A DNA stretch of 64,000 nucleotides from Camelus dromedarius (lineage: Eukaryota), in the NCBI RefSeq assembly GCF_036321535.1, contig NC_087437.1, forward strand, positions 79,734,001 to 79,798,000. The letters are read 5' to 3'. Of this stretch, positions 12,751-26,100 are shown piece after piece. The position numbers and the translations under genes were made by a program. The notes under the pieces were generated by a model. That model ran no database searches. It saw only the letters and a list, made by a program, of their open reading frames with translations, and was not told the DNA's origin. Within the stretch, counting starts at the first letter, position 1, and the number at the start of each line of letters is the position of its first letter.

Positions 12751-12848
12751 TTTTATTCCTACATAGGCATTAGATAGATAAATAAATAAACTCCTTTAAA
12801 GACCACAATAGATAACTGATACTCCATAAGCCACAGTACAAGAGACAT

Positions 12849-13748
12849 ATGAGCAAGATGAAGAAGCAGAGAAACCACTCCCAATTAAAAGAACAAGAGA
12901 AATCCCCTGAAAGAATGATCAATGAAATAGACATCGATAGCCTACTAGATCAAGATTTCAAAAAAGGAGTGATCAAAGTATTGAAGGAACTAAAAGAGAT
13001 AGTGTTTAGAGATATAAAATGTATCAAAAATGAAATCGAAGCTATAAAGAAGAACCAAGTAGAACTGGTAAACTCATTGGCTGAGATGAGATCAGACCTA
13101 ACTAAAGTCAGTGCAAAGCAGAGTAGATAATGCAGAGGAACGAATTAGTGACCTAGAAGACAGGAAAACAGAAAGCAATCAGAACAACTGCAAGATAAAC
13201 AAATAAAAACAAATGAAAGCAACATAAGGGACCTATGGGATAACATAAAGTGTGCCGATCTTCGCACAATAGGGGTTCCAGAAGGGGAAGAAAGATCAAA
13301 GGGGATTGAAAAGGTTTTTGAATAAATCATGACTGAAAACTTCCCAAACCTAAAGAAGGAATCAGATATCCAAATACAGGAAGCTCAAAGGGTCCCAAAC
13401 AGGAAGAACCCAAACAGACCCACACCAAGACATTTCATAATCAAGATGGCCAGAGTCAAGGAGAAAGAAATGATCCTAAGGGTAACAAGAGAAAAGCAAA
13501 GAGTGAGTTACACAGGAACCCCCATAAGGCTCTCAGCTGATTTCGCTACACAAAAACTACAGGCCAGAAGGGAGAGGCAAGATATATTCAAAGTCCTGAA
13601 TGAAAAAAGATGCAGCCTAGAACTTTATCCAACAAGGCTATCCTTTAGGATAGAAGGAGAGACATAGAATTTCACAGACAAGCAAAAACTACAAGAGTTT
13701 AGCAACACTAAACCCATGCTAAAAGAAATACTGAAAGGTCTACTCTAA
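12849..13748 (+). pseudogene. L1 ORF1p (RNA-binding chaperone), frameshifted
   Basis: MSKMKKQRNHSQLKEQEKSPE...; TENFPNL, TPRHFIIKM, GTPIRLSADF motifs; apparent 4-bp ctaa duplication at about 13100 plus further stops. Confidence 0.92.
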
Positions 13749-14117
13749 ATAGAAAAGAAGCAGGATGCTACAGAAATGAGAAAATCATAACTGGAAAGGT
13801 GATAACTCATGAATTACAAATAAAATAAACACAAAATTGTAAAAGAAGACATTTAAATCATTAAGAGTGGGAGAGGGAAGCAAGAAAATTTAGAATATTT
13901 TTTTTTCTTTCTTTCTTTTTTAAAAATTTTTTGTTTTCGGTAGGATGGGTTTGAGATATAGTAATGGGCTAATAGACTTACAGAAAAGGGTAACCACAAG
14001 CCAAAAACTTACAAGGGAGTCACAAAAACTAAATAAAATCCATGATAATACAAAGGAAGATTACCAAACCACAAAAAGAAGAGGAAAGACCAAATCAACT
14101 GCAAAGATAAGCTCAAA

Positions 14118-17100
14118 ATGTCAATAAACACACATCTATCATTAATTACTCTAAATGTTAATGGACTAAATGCTCCAGTCAAAAGACACAGAGTGGCAGA
14201 CTGGATAATAAAGCAAGAACCTTCAATAGGCTGCATACAAGAGACCCACTTTAGGGAGAAGGACACATATAGATTGAGAGTGAAAGGATGGAAAAGGATA
14301 TTCCATGCAAATGGAAAAGCCAAAAAAGCAGGTGTTGCAGTACTGATTTCAGACAAAACAGACTTAAAACAAAAGCCATAAAGAAAGATGAAGAAAGACA
14401 TTTTATAATGATTAAAGGAATGATACAAGATAAGGCCATTACTCTCGTTAATATATATGCACCCAATATAGGAGCACCTAAGTACATAAAACAATCATAG
14501 TTGGAGATTTGAACACTGCATTAACATCACTATACAGAAAATATATAAGGCAAAAGAGAAATTAAAAAATACAATAGAAAAATTAGATTTGGTGGATATT
14601 TTCAGAGCATTACACCCCCCAAAAATAGGATATACTTTCTTTTCAAGTGCACATGGAACATTTTCCAATTGATCATGTACTTGGGCACAAAAGAAACCTC
14701 AGCAATTTTAAGAAGATAGAAATTATCTCAAGCATCTTTACTGATCACAATGCTATGAAACTAGAAATCAACAACAGAGAAACAAAGGAGAAAAAAAGGA
14801 AAGCATGGAGATTAAACAATATGTTATTAAAAAGCCAATGGGTCAATAAGGAAATCAAAGCTGAAATTGAAAAATACCTTGAGACAAATGAAAATGAAAG
14901 CACAACCACAAAAATTGTATGGGACACAGCAAAGGCAGTGCTAAGAGGGAAGTTTATACCATACAGGCCTTCCTCAAAAAAGAAGAACAATCTCAAATAA
15001 ACAATTTAACCCACCAGCTGAATGAACTAAAAAAGAAGAACAAAAAACCCCAAAAGGCAGCAGAAGGAAGGAAATAATAAAGATCAAGGAGGAAATAAAT
15101 AAAATACAGATTAAAAAGACCATAGAAAAAAATCAATCAAACCAAAAGATGGTTATTTGAAAAAGTAAATAAAATTGATAAACCTCTGGCCAAACTCACA
15201 AAGAAGAGAAAAGAGAGAGCACAAATTAGCAAAATAAGAAAGGATAATGGAGAAATTATGACAAATAAAATAGAAATACAGAATATCATATGCGAATATT
15301 ATGAAAAACTATATGGAACCAAACTGGATAACCTAGAGGAGATGGACAAGCTTCTGGAAACATACAGTCCACCAAGACTGAATCAAGAAGAAACTGACCA
15401 CTTGAACAAATCTATCACTAGAAATGAAATCGAAATAGCAATACAAAACCTCCCTACAAATAAAACTCCAGGACCAGATGGCTTCACCGGGGAATCTTAC
15501 CAAACATACAAAGAAGAACTCATACCAGTCCTTCTCAAACTCTTCCAGAAGACTGAAAAGGACGGAATACTCCCAAACTCATTCTATGAAGCCACCATCA
15601 CCCTGATACCAAAACCAGGCAAAGACACTACCAAAAAAGAGAATTACAGACCAATATTACTGATGAACATAGACGCCAAAATCCTCACCAAAATATTACC
15701 AAATAGAATCCAATAACACATAAAAAAGATTATACATCATGACCAAGTGGGGTTCATCCCAGGGACACAAGGGTGGTTCAACATACGCAAATCAATCAAT
15801 GTAATACATCACATCAACAAGAGAAAGGACAAAAACCACATGATCATCTCAATCAATGCAGAAAAAGCATTTTATGAAAGTCAACACCCATTTATGATAA
15901 AAACTCTTACCAAAGTGGGTATAGAGGGGACATATCTCAACATAATAAAAGCTATATATGACAAACCTACAGCCAGCATAGTACTCAATGGTGAAAAACT
16001 CAAAAGCTTCCCACTAAAATCTGGGACAAGACAAGGATGCCCACTATCACCACTCCTATTCAACATAGTCTTGGAAGTCCGAGCCACAGCAATCAGGCAA
16101 GAGAGAAAAATAAAAGGGGTCCAAATTGGAAAAGAAGAGGAGAAAGTGTCACTATATCGTGATAACATGTTACTATATATAGAAAACCCTAAAAGGTCCA
16201 CACAAAAACTACTAGAGCTGATGAAAGAATTCAGCAAGGTAGCAGGTTACAAGATTAATGTTCAAAAATCAGTTGCATTTCTTTACACTAACGATGAATC
16301 AACAGAAGAAGAAAGTAAAGAAACAATCCCCTTTAAAATAGCACCCAAAGTAATAAAATACCTAGGAATAAACCTAACCAAGGAGGTGAAAGAATTATAC
16401 ACAGAAAACTATAAACCACTGATGAGGGAAATTAAAGAAGACTTTAAAAAATGGAAAGATATCCCATGCTCTTGGATTGGAAGAATCAATATTGTTAAAA
16501 TGGTCACACTGCCCAAGGCAATCTACAGATTTAATGCAATCCCTATCCAATTACCCAGGACATACTTCACAGAACTAGAACAAATCATAATAAAATTTAT
16601 ATGGAACCATCAAAGACCTAGAGTTGCCAAAGCTTTACTGAAGAGAAAGAAAGAGGCTGGAGGAATAACTCTCCCAGACTTCAGACAATACTATAGAGCT
16701 ACAGTCATCAAGACAGCATGGTATTGGTACCAAAACAGACATATAGACCAATGGAACAGAATAGAGAGCCCAGAAATGAACCCACAAACTTTTGGTCAAC
16801 TCATCTTCGACAAAGGAGACAAGAATATACAATGGAATAAAGAAGTCTCTTCAGCAAATGGTGTTGGGAAAACTGGACAGCAGCATGTAAAACAATGAAG
16901 CTAGAACACTCCCTTACACCATACACAAAAATCAACTCAAAATGGATCAAAGACTTAAACATAGACAAGATACAATAAACCTCCTAGAGGAAAATATAGG
17001 CAAAACATTATCTGATATACATCTCAAAAATTTTCTCCGAGAAGAAATAAAAGCAAGAATAAACAAATGGGATCTAATGAAACTTACAAGCTTCTGCACA

Positions 17101-17856
17101 GCAAAGGAAACCATAAGTAAAACAAAAAGACAACCTACAGAATCGGAGAAAATCTTTGCAAATGAAACCAAGAAAGGCTTGATCTCCAGAATATATTAGC
17201 AGCTCATACGACTTAATAAGAAACAACCAAACAACCCAATCCAAAGATGGGCAAAAGACCTGAAGAAGCAGTTCTCCAAGGAAGACATACAAATGATCAA
17301 TAAGCACATGAAAAAATGCTCAATATCACTAATTATCAGAGAAATGAAAATCAAAACTACAATGAGGTATCACCTCACACCAGTCAGAATGGCAATCATT
17401 CAAAAATCCACAAATGACAAATGCTGGAGAGGCTGTGGAGAAAGGGGAACCCTCCTACACTGCTGGTGGGAATGCAGTTTGGTGCAGCCACTATGGAAAA
17501 CAGTATGGAGATTCCTCAAAAGACTAGGAATAGACTTACCATATGACCCAGGAATCCTGCTACTGGGCTTATATCCAGAAGGAACCCTACTTCAGGATGA
17601 CACCTGAACCCCAATGTTCATAGCAGCACTATTTACAATAGCCAAAACATGGAAACAGCCTAAATGTCCATCAACGGATGACTAGATAAAGAAGAAGTGG
17701 TATATTTATACAATGGAATACTATTCAGCCATAAAAACTGACAACATAACGCCATTTGCAGCAACATGGATGCTCCTGGAGAATGTCATTCTAAGTGAAG
17801 CAAGCCAGAAAGAGAAAGAAAAATACCATATGAGATCGCTTATATGTGGAATCTAA
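14118..17856 (+). pseudogene. L1 ORF2p (endonuclease/reverse transcriptase), broken into several ORFs
   Basis: [62 protein letters not shown] motifs; the catalytic (F/Y)ADD motif reads YRDN; multiple frameshifts and stops. Confidence 0.95.
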
Positions 17857-18207
17857 AAAACAGAAACAAAAAAACAAAGCATAAATACAAAACAGAAATA
17901 GACTCATAGACATAGAATACAAACTTGTGGTTGCCAAGGGGGTGGAGGGTGGGAAGGGATAGATGGGATTTCAAAATTGTAGAATAGATAAACAAAATTA
18001 TACTGTATAGCACAGGGAAATATACGCAAGATCTTATGGTAGTTCACAGAGAAAAAAATGTGATAATGAATATATATATGTTCATGTATAACTGAAAAAT
18101 TGTGCTCTACACTGGAATTTGACACAACATTGTAAAATGATTATAAATCAATAAAAAATGTTTATATATATATATATTCAAAATAAAATAAAATAAAATA
18201 AAATACT

Positions 18208-20027
18208 TAAGAATAAACCTAACCAAAGAGGTGAAAGACTTATAAGCAAAGAACTATGAAACACTGATTAAGGAAATTAAAGATGATTAGAAATAGAAAA
18301 GAAATAGAAAGATAACTCATGCTCTTGGATTGGAAGAATTAATATTGTAAAAATGGCCATAATACCCCCAAACAATCTACAGATTTAATGTGATCCCTGT
18401 CAAATTACCTAAGACATTTTTCACAAAACTAGAACAAATAATCCAAAAATTTATATGGAATCACAAAAGACCCAGAATCATCAAAGCAATACTGAAGAAA
18501 ATGAACAAAGCTGGATAAATAACCCTCTCAGACATCAGATGATACTACAAAGCTACAATATTCAAAACAGCGTGATATTGGCACAAAAACAGACATATAG
18601 ATGAATGGGTCAGAATAGAGACTAGAAATAAACCAACACAAGTATGGTCAATTAATCTTCAACAAAGGAGGCAAGAATATACAATGGAGAGAAGACAGCC
18701 TCTTCTGAAGTTGGTGCTGGGGAAGTTGGACAGCTGCATGTAAATCAATGAACTTAGAACACTCTCTCACACCATACACAAAAATAAACTCAAAATGGTT
18801 TAAAGACTTAAACATTAAGACAAGACACTATAAACCTTGAGAAGAAAACATAGGCAAAACAATCTCTGATGTGAATCTTAGCAGTGTTCTCCAAGGGCAA
18901 TCTACCAAGGCAACAGAAATAAAAGCAGAAATAAACAAATGAGACCTAATCAAACTCATAAGCTTTTGCATAGGAAAGGAAAGTATAAACAAAAGGAAAA
19001 GACAAGCTAAGGAATGGGAGAAAATATTTGCAAATGATGTGACTGACAAGGGCTTAATTTCCAGAATATACAAACAGCCATACAACTCAAGAACAAAAAA
19101 CAAAACAAACAGAAAATATATTTTTTAAATGGGCAGAAGACCCAAACAAACATTTTTTCAGTAAAGACATACAGATGGCCAATAGGCACATAAAAAAGTT
19201 CAGTATTTCTAACTATTAGAGAAATGCAAGTCAAAACTACAATGAGGTATCACTTCACATTCATTATTGAAAAGTCCACAAGCAATAAATGCTGGAGAGG
19301 GTGTGGAGAGAAGAGAACCTTCCTACACTGTTGGTGGGAATATAGTTTGATGTAGCCATTATGGAAAACAGTGTGGAGATTCCTTAAAAAAAAAAAAAAA
19401 CTAACTAAAAATAGACTTAGCATATGATCCAGCAATCCCACTCGTGGGCATATATCCAGAGGAAATTCTAATTCAAAAAATTACATGCACCCCAATGTTC
19501 ATAGCAGCACTATTTACAATAGCCAAGACATAAAAGCAACCTAAATGTCCATTGATGGAGGATTGGATAAATAAATTGCATACATATAATGCAATACTTA
19601 CACATAAAAAAAAAATGAAATTATTCCATTTGCAGCAACGTGGATCGACCTGGAGACTGTCACTAAGCCAGAAAGAGAAAGTAAAAATGTCATATGATAT
19701 CACTTATATGTGGAATCTTTAAAAAAATGTAAGACAAATGAACTTATTTACAAAACAGAAACAGTCTCACAGACATAGAAAACAAATTTATGGTTACCTG
19801 GGTGTAAAGGAAGGGTTGCAGGGATAAATGGAGGGTTTGAGATTTGTAGATACTAACCGTTATATATAAACCAGATAAAAGGTCCTACTGTATAGCATAG
19901 GGAACTGTATTAAATAACTTATAATAGCCTATAATGAAAAAGAATTTATGTATAATTGAATCACTATGCTGTACACCAGAAAACAACACAACATTGTAAA
20001 TCAACTATACTTCAATTAAAAAAAAAA
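18208..20027 (+). mobile_element. Intermediate-age L1, right part (ORF2 3' end, 3'UTR, poly(A))
   Basis: Resumes taagaataaacctaaccaaagaggtg immediately after the TSD; ends cattgtaaatcaactatacttcaattaaaaaaaaaa. Confidence 0.92.
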
Positions 20028-20168
20028 GTTTTTTAAGTGTACTGAAGGTCTCTAATGTGTGAGGCATTACCCTAGGAGCTACGGCTTCACAGCCCACAGT
20101 TAATTACCACTTTACTCCATCTGCTCATATTATTTTTCTCTTCCAGGAATAAACTTTCTTCTATTCTC

Positions 20169-20230
20169 CAACTAGTTACATATATATATATATATATATA
20201 TGTATGTACATATATATATGTAACTAGTTG
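20169..20230. repeat. (TA)n microsatellite within an inverted repeat
   Basis: caactagttacatata...tatatgtaactagttg. Confidence 0.8.
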
Positions 20231-20619
20231 TATATATATAAAATATATCAGCTAAGGTTATGTACAATAAAGTCCATTCATTACCTCTTCTTCTATTCAC
20301 AAAGAATTTTCCGACTTCTAAATACCACACTGAGTCAATAAATTCCTATACTCTAGCAGTCTGCATTACTTAATATTGATATTTAAAGTGTTCTTTTACA
20401 ATAATGGCTTTTATTTCCTCACCAGGGTGTAAAATATTGAATGAAAGAAACTTAACAGATAGGAATTTTTCTACTATATCATAGGGCGTCTATGGAATAA
20501 TACATATTTCCTCTTTTCTTAAAACCCTCCAAATCCATTATTCTCAGAGTAGTGACCAGATTTATTTACATGGATAAAAGGACACTTATACATATGATAC
20601 CTAGTTAGCTCTAAGTTTG

Positions 20620-21240
20620 TTTGCAATAGTTCACATCTTATATTTAAGATTGCAAGATGATTGTCTTATAATTTTCCTTTCCGGTAATATCCTTGGCAAG
20701 TTTTTGTATTCATCTTATGCTGGTCTCATAAAACAAATAGGATATAATGATCTATTTTTCTATTTACTAAAGCTTTGAGTAATGTTATGTGGATGGAAAA
20801 GCTATATGGTCTAGAGATTTCTTTGAAGAAAAGCTTTTAGTTATGGATTAAATTTCTGTCAAAGAATAGTCTTTTCAATATTCTCTTCATTATGATATAA
20901 ATTCAGCTAAGTTGTATTTCTCCAGGAATTGTCCATTCCATCTAAATTTTTCAATGTATCCATCGAAAACTGAACATAATACACATGTATTATATTTCTA
21001 ATTAACTATTTGACAGTATAAATATCTTCTTTTGCATTCCTTACATTGATGTTTTATCTGCTATATATTAATGATTATATATATATCTTGCCATGGGTTA
21101 ATTACTTTTTTTAAAGAACCAATTTTTGTCTTTCCTGACTTTCTCTGTTGAATGCTTGTTTTCTAACTCATTAATTTCTTCCCATGTTTATCATTTTCTT
21201 TCTTTCATCATCAGGTTTAATTTGCTATTGTTTCTTTATC
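20620..21240 (-). mobile_element. Old L1M ORF2 fragment, antisense
   Basis: T-rich reverse L1 text (ttatgctggtctcataaaac, aggaattgtccattccatctaaattt, ttaaagaaccaattttt). Confidence 0.65.
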
Positions 21241-22100
21241 TTTTTAGATAGACACTTTCAGAGCAGTTTTAGGTCCACAGCAAAACTGAACATAAAATAC
21301 AGAGAGTTTCCATATACCCCCTGCCTTACACACGCACCACCTCCACTACTATTCATATCCCCCCCCCGAGTGGTACATTTATCACAACTGATGAGCCAAC
21401 ACTGAAGCATCATTATCACCCAAAGACCATAGTTTACATTTGAGTTCATTAAGTCCATCTTATCAATTCTTCCTTCATGGATCTTGCTTTTGGTATTGTA
21501 TCTCAGAAGTCACCACCAAACCCAAGGTCATTTAGACTTTCTTCTGTATCGTCTTCTAGGAGTTTTATAGTTTGCATTTTACATTGAGGTCTATGAATCA
21601 TTTTGAGTTAATTTTTGTGAAAGGTTGTAAGGTGTGTGTCTAGATTCTTTTTGTTTGTTTGTTTTTATATGTGGATATCTAATTGTTTCAGAAACTTTTA
21701 TTAAAAAGACTACCTTCTCCATTGAATTGCTTTTGTTCTTTATCGAAGATAAAATAACTGTATCTGAGGGGGCCTGTTTCTCAACTCTCTTCTGTTCCAA
21801 TGATTTATCTGTATACTTTTTGCTAATCCCAGACTTCCTTGATTGCTTTGCAGAATGTCTTGAAGTCAAATAGTGTCAGTGCTCCAACTTTATGAGTTGG
21901 TTATTCTGAATCCTCTACCTCTCCTTATAAACTTTAGAATCAGTTTGGCAATATACAAAAAAAAAAAAAAAAAACTTGACTGGATTTTTTATTGAAATTG
22001 CGAATGAATCTATAGATTAAGTTAGGAAGAATGGACATCTTGACAATATTGAGTCTTCCTGTCCATGAACATAAAATACCTCTCCACTTACTTAGTTCTT
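21240..22100 (-). mobile_element. L1MC-like 3' end joined to ORF2 fragment, antisense
   Basis: gagcagttttaggtccacagcaaaactga...catcattatcacccaaagaccatagtttacatt (L1MC1/2-type 3'UTR), then reverse ORF2 sequence. Confidence 0.75.
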
Positions 22101-24664
22101 ATTTGAATTAAATATATCTTTAATGAATGAATTAAAATATATGACTAAATGAATCAGAAGATGTAGGTAAATGTGCAAATGAGTAGAAAATCATATTGAA
22201 TAATATACAGTAGGAATAAGTTTTAGATAACTCAAAAATCAAGCAAATACGTGGTGAATTTGACTTGACTTAAGTCCTGACCTCTTCATTGAAATAGCCC
22301 CTGACCTCTTATTTCCTAAAGTTACCTCACGCCCAAGTGGTACATATTCAAAGTTTTCTATTACTTAGAAATTCATAAAAAATTACTTCATCAGGTATAC
22401 ATTATGATAGATACCTTTTTTTCTTTGAACTTGGGTAATACTACCCACATAAGAAATGCTCCTTAAAGCCTGGGATATTTTGTTTTCATTTCTTTGTCTA
22501 TAAGAATTTATTATTTTCCACACAATAGGTACACAAGTGTCTTGTAAAACAAGATATGAATTTGCCCAGAAGGGAACAGTTTATAAGTACCCTAAATCAG
22601 TATATCATGTGTGAGACTTCACAGAGCTGTTGTCAGGACTGACAGGAACTGCACTACCTTGATTTGCTTCTGTGTATTTGCCTTCCTTGAAACTTACATA
22701 GGCTTAAAATTCAATGGTCTATCCTCACCCTTCCCAGTACCAAAATTAATAAAAGATTGGATGAAATCCAATTGACTTAATCACGCTTGATACTAAAATA
22801 CAAAACACTATATGCTTAGAACGTCAAATTACAGGTCAAAGATGAAATCATTTGCTGGTATGAAAAGTAAGAAACATTTAACCTCTGAGCAGTTTCTCAA
22901 AGATGCTCATAGGTGTCCTACTTAACATGGTTTCTCAGCTGCAATGCAGCAAGTTCTACTTGCAGGGATGGGAATAGGACATTATTAAAATAACACCTGC
23001 TTGATTCAGTTGTAGACTAGGAAATAGAACCTTATTTTTAATCTCCTTTTACCATTAAAATATCCATATAGATGTAATTGAGAAAAGAGGTCTAGAACCC
23101 TCATTAGATTCTAAGTTCCCTGACACTAGAAATCACAATGTAAAGAAATAATTATAACATAGATTGGACCCAATTAAGAAACAAGGCCAATAGATGATGC
23201 ACAACTAACCTTTCAATCAAAACGAGACCTGTAGAAAGAGTCGTTTAGATCACAGGCTCGGGTTGCCCCCCACTGAAGGAGAATCGCTTCATTCTAGTCC
23301 TTATGTGGAAAACCCTTCCCTATTGTTTAAAAAAAAAAACTTTCTATAGAGGTAGAAATTTTCTTCTGGATCTCTGTTTTCCTTCCAACAGTTTGTGATT
23401 TCAAAATCTAGGATATTGAGTTTATTAATACACACATATGCACACACACAAGAACTGAGGTGACTTGTAATATATGTGGAAGAATAAATAAATAAATATT
23501 AAATCTAAAATAAGATGAAAGGTTATCATTAATGGAGGGAAGGGAGTGTGTATATGATACTGACAGAGTCTTTTCCTATATTAAAGTCAAGCCACTGTTT
23601 TGACTCTAATTATGTGGTCTCCAAAGCTAAAAGGGACTGAACATTTGTTAGCATGATACTTGTGGAGAATTTGAGAATATACAACAGTTTTTCAGTGGAA
23701 GCAAATTTCTTTTGGCATTTCAATCTGGAAGTCTATATCTGTTTTTGTTTTGTGTGTGTGTGTGAAAAGTAAGGAGTTTCATAGGTAACAATAAATGATA
23801 TGGTGGATACTGTCCTCGCCATTGTCCCTACAGTAAACTTAGTGGTAAATTTTAATGCTAAGTCATCAAGCAAAGTAGGAACGCATAATATTACACAATA
23901 ATGATAGTAATTTATTAATCAAGACATTCAAAATCATTGAATTAATTTAATCTTCAAAATTCCTTTTACATCAGAAAAAAAAATTTCTTGAGTAAACCAA
24001 CTGCCAAGTACCACTACACTAGTGAATGGCTACACCAGAATCAGAAGATGGCAGTCTGACATCAATGCTCATGTTTTTATATGCAACATTATCTTTGTCT
24101 CACCAAAAGTAAATCTGTAAAATATAAAGAGCAAAGTGTTCAGAGAGGACCAATATGAGTTTCCTACTCTTCTGGTTTCATCTACTGATAAAACTAGAAA
24201 ATTTTAAATATTGGAATAAATGAATATCTCTCAAATGGTCCTCTATAAACCCCTGGCCTCTCAGTTTGTTGATCTCCACATAGTTGGTGTTTTCATTTCT
24301 CCTTCATATCCCCTCAATCATTCACTTTGATGAGCATGCCTTCAATCTTGATACCGTAAGAAAATGAACATCCCATCAACTCTTGATAGCAAACATACAC
24401 TTTAAAACAGTACGTCATAGACTTCTTCTCACTTGGTCAAATACCCTCACAATCCTATTACTTGTCAATGTCATAAACACATTGACACTATCACTTTCTA
24501 ACTAACCATCAATACCACTTGCTCTTAGTTGACCTAAATGTCATTGTCTATCATGATAATCGCTTTATTGCTAATGCCCACATTTTTCTTGTCTCCTTCT
24601 AGCATTATTTTCTAATAAACTTCAAACTTTCATGAAACAAACAGACTAAAAGCTCTCTTTTGTT

Positions 24665-24830
24665 TTAAATGGCTTAAAACAAAGTGAAAGTTATTTATTT
24701 TTAACAAGACAGTCAATATTGTTCTTCATGATAGGTGTGGCCTCCATTCAAGAAGTTACACAAGGATGCCAAGGAATTCCATCTTGTGATGCTACCACCC
24801 TCAACATATGGTCTCTAGAGTTGCCACAGA
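24665..24830 (-). mobile_element. MaLR (MLT1) LTR fragment
   Basis: aatggcttaaaacaaag...ttccatcttgtgatgctaccaccctc. Confidence 0.4.
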
Positions 24831-25224
24831 AGAGAAAGAAGGGAGAAAGGAAGAAAGAAAAAAGATTGGTGTTATTCCCAAAACCCACCCCACATTTGTA
24901 TGTGCGTGTGCTTGCACACACACAGACTTCTAGACTTAAGTCTAGAACCTAAGTGAAACCTATACAGAGAAATCTTCACTGTCATCATATCAAAGATGAT
25001 GGACCTATTCCTCTGTCCCCATTTTCCTTATTCACTTGATCCAGAAAATGATCCTCAGAAACAGCAGGCAACGCATGAAGAAAGAAAACAGCAAAATACT
25101 ATTACACAGAAAGCAAGAGCAGAAAGTGCTTTAAAAAGACAAAAATCAACTTGTCAAGTGATGCTGAAAAGACTGAGTAAAACAAATCCGCCCCATGCTC
25201 CATTCTGTATTTCAACGGCTAAAA

Positions 25225-26100
25225 AGCCTTTCCTCAGACTTCTTTGTGACTAAGGTACTGGATACAATTTAGTTTCTGCCATTGAGATGCATTTATGCAA
25301 GATTTGAAAGACAGGAATGAAATAGAAGTCATCTTTCTGTAGCTCTTAAACAAGTTCTAAAAGACGTGAGTGTTCGTAGGAGATAGTCTCCATGTTCCAG
25401 TATCTAGTTATGAGTAACAAAATAATGTGCTGGTTATTCTGATGGCACTAGAAACATTTCATTAAAACAAAAAAAGGTAAGTTCAAGGTTCTAAATTCTC
25501 AGCTTAAGTAATAATGAAGAACGAGAAAGCCGCCATGTTTATCCTAAAAGAATCCCATATCTCTTGCAGATTCAAGGGTGGGCTGCTGACACTGAAAAGC
25601 AGAGCAGAAACTTCTCCTAAGGATTGCTAAATTAGAACATAAATAGATTTACCAGCCCTGCCAGATCTCATAAAATTTAAGGGACTGACTAGATCTCTGG
25701 AAAGTGGAATGGAACATTTGGACGAATTATGATGAATCTAAGGACTTTAACCCACAAATCACATGCACACACAAAATCTCTTAAAGAGCAGAAAAAGTAC
25801 CTCTCCTGTCTAGTGACAGAAGTTCTGCCTTGCCTGATGGATTTGCAATGACCTCACCTGAGGCAGTTACCTTGCACATGGACAGTAGTCGTCCTGTCCT
25901 CCACCCTTTCATCCCACTTGTCTCTGGGATTGTTAGTGGATTCAGATCCAACATCCTCCAAGTATCAAGTAGAAAGTCTGATCAGGGAGAAAATGGTTTA
26001 TACCGTAAGAATTACATGGCATTGCTGATTTATATAGACAGATACCTGGGTATTATATGAAGAAACAGATTTGGTAAGTGTCACTAATTGAGACAATATG
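25225..26100. mobile_element. LTR33-like fragment followed by ERVL/MaLR internal (gag-region) remnant
   Basis: ggatacaatttagtttctgccattgagatgca...gatttgaaagacag; tggaatggaacatttgg and gcaatgacctcacctgaggcagttaccttgca are typical of ERVL-int. Confidence 0.5.

Larger units (their letters stand above)
10490..18194 (+). mobile_element. Full-length young L1 (about 7.7 kb), disabled; cetartiodactyl/camelid-like family
   Basis: 5' end gggaggaggccaagacggcggag; CpG-rich 5'UTR; ORF1 and ORF2; AATAAA at about 18150; A-rich tail; 13-bp TSD aaaataaaatact at 10477-10489 and 18195-18207. Confidence 0.96.

Noticed and set aside
15747..16898. 383-aa reverse-transcriptase ORF as an active gene or novel RT system
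   Set aside because: It is a fragment of L1 ORF2, flanked by stops and frameshifts, with a degenerate catalytic motif (YRDN).
14009..19703. Many minus-strand hydrophobic ORFs rich in F/L/S/I
   Set aside because: Typical antisense shadows of A-rich L1 coding sequence.
24463..24487. tgtcaatgt...acattgaca inverted repeat resembling the MITE TIR
   Set aside because: Only 9 bp, wrong arrangement and no TTAA flanks; chance.
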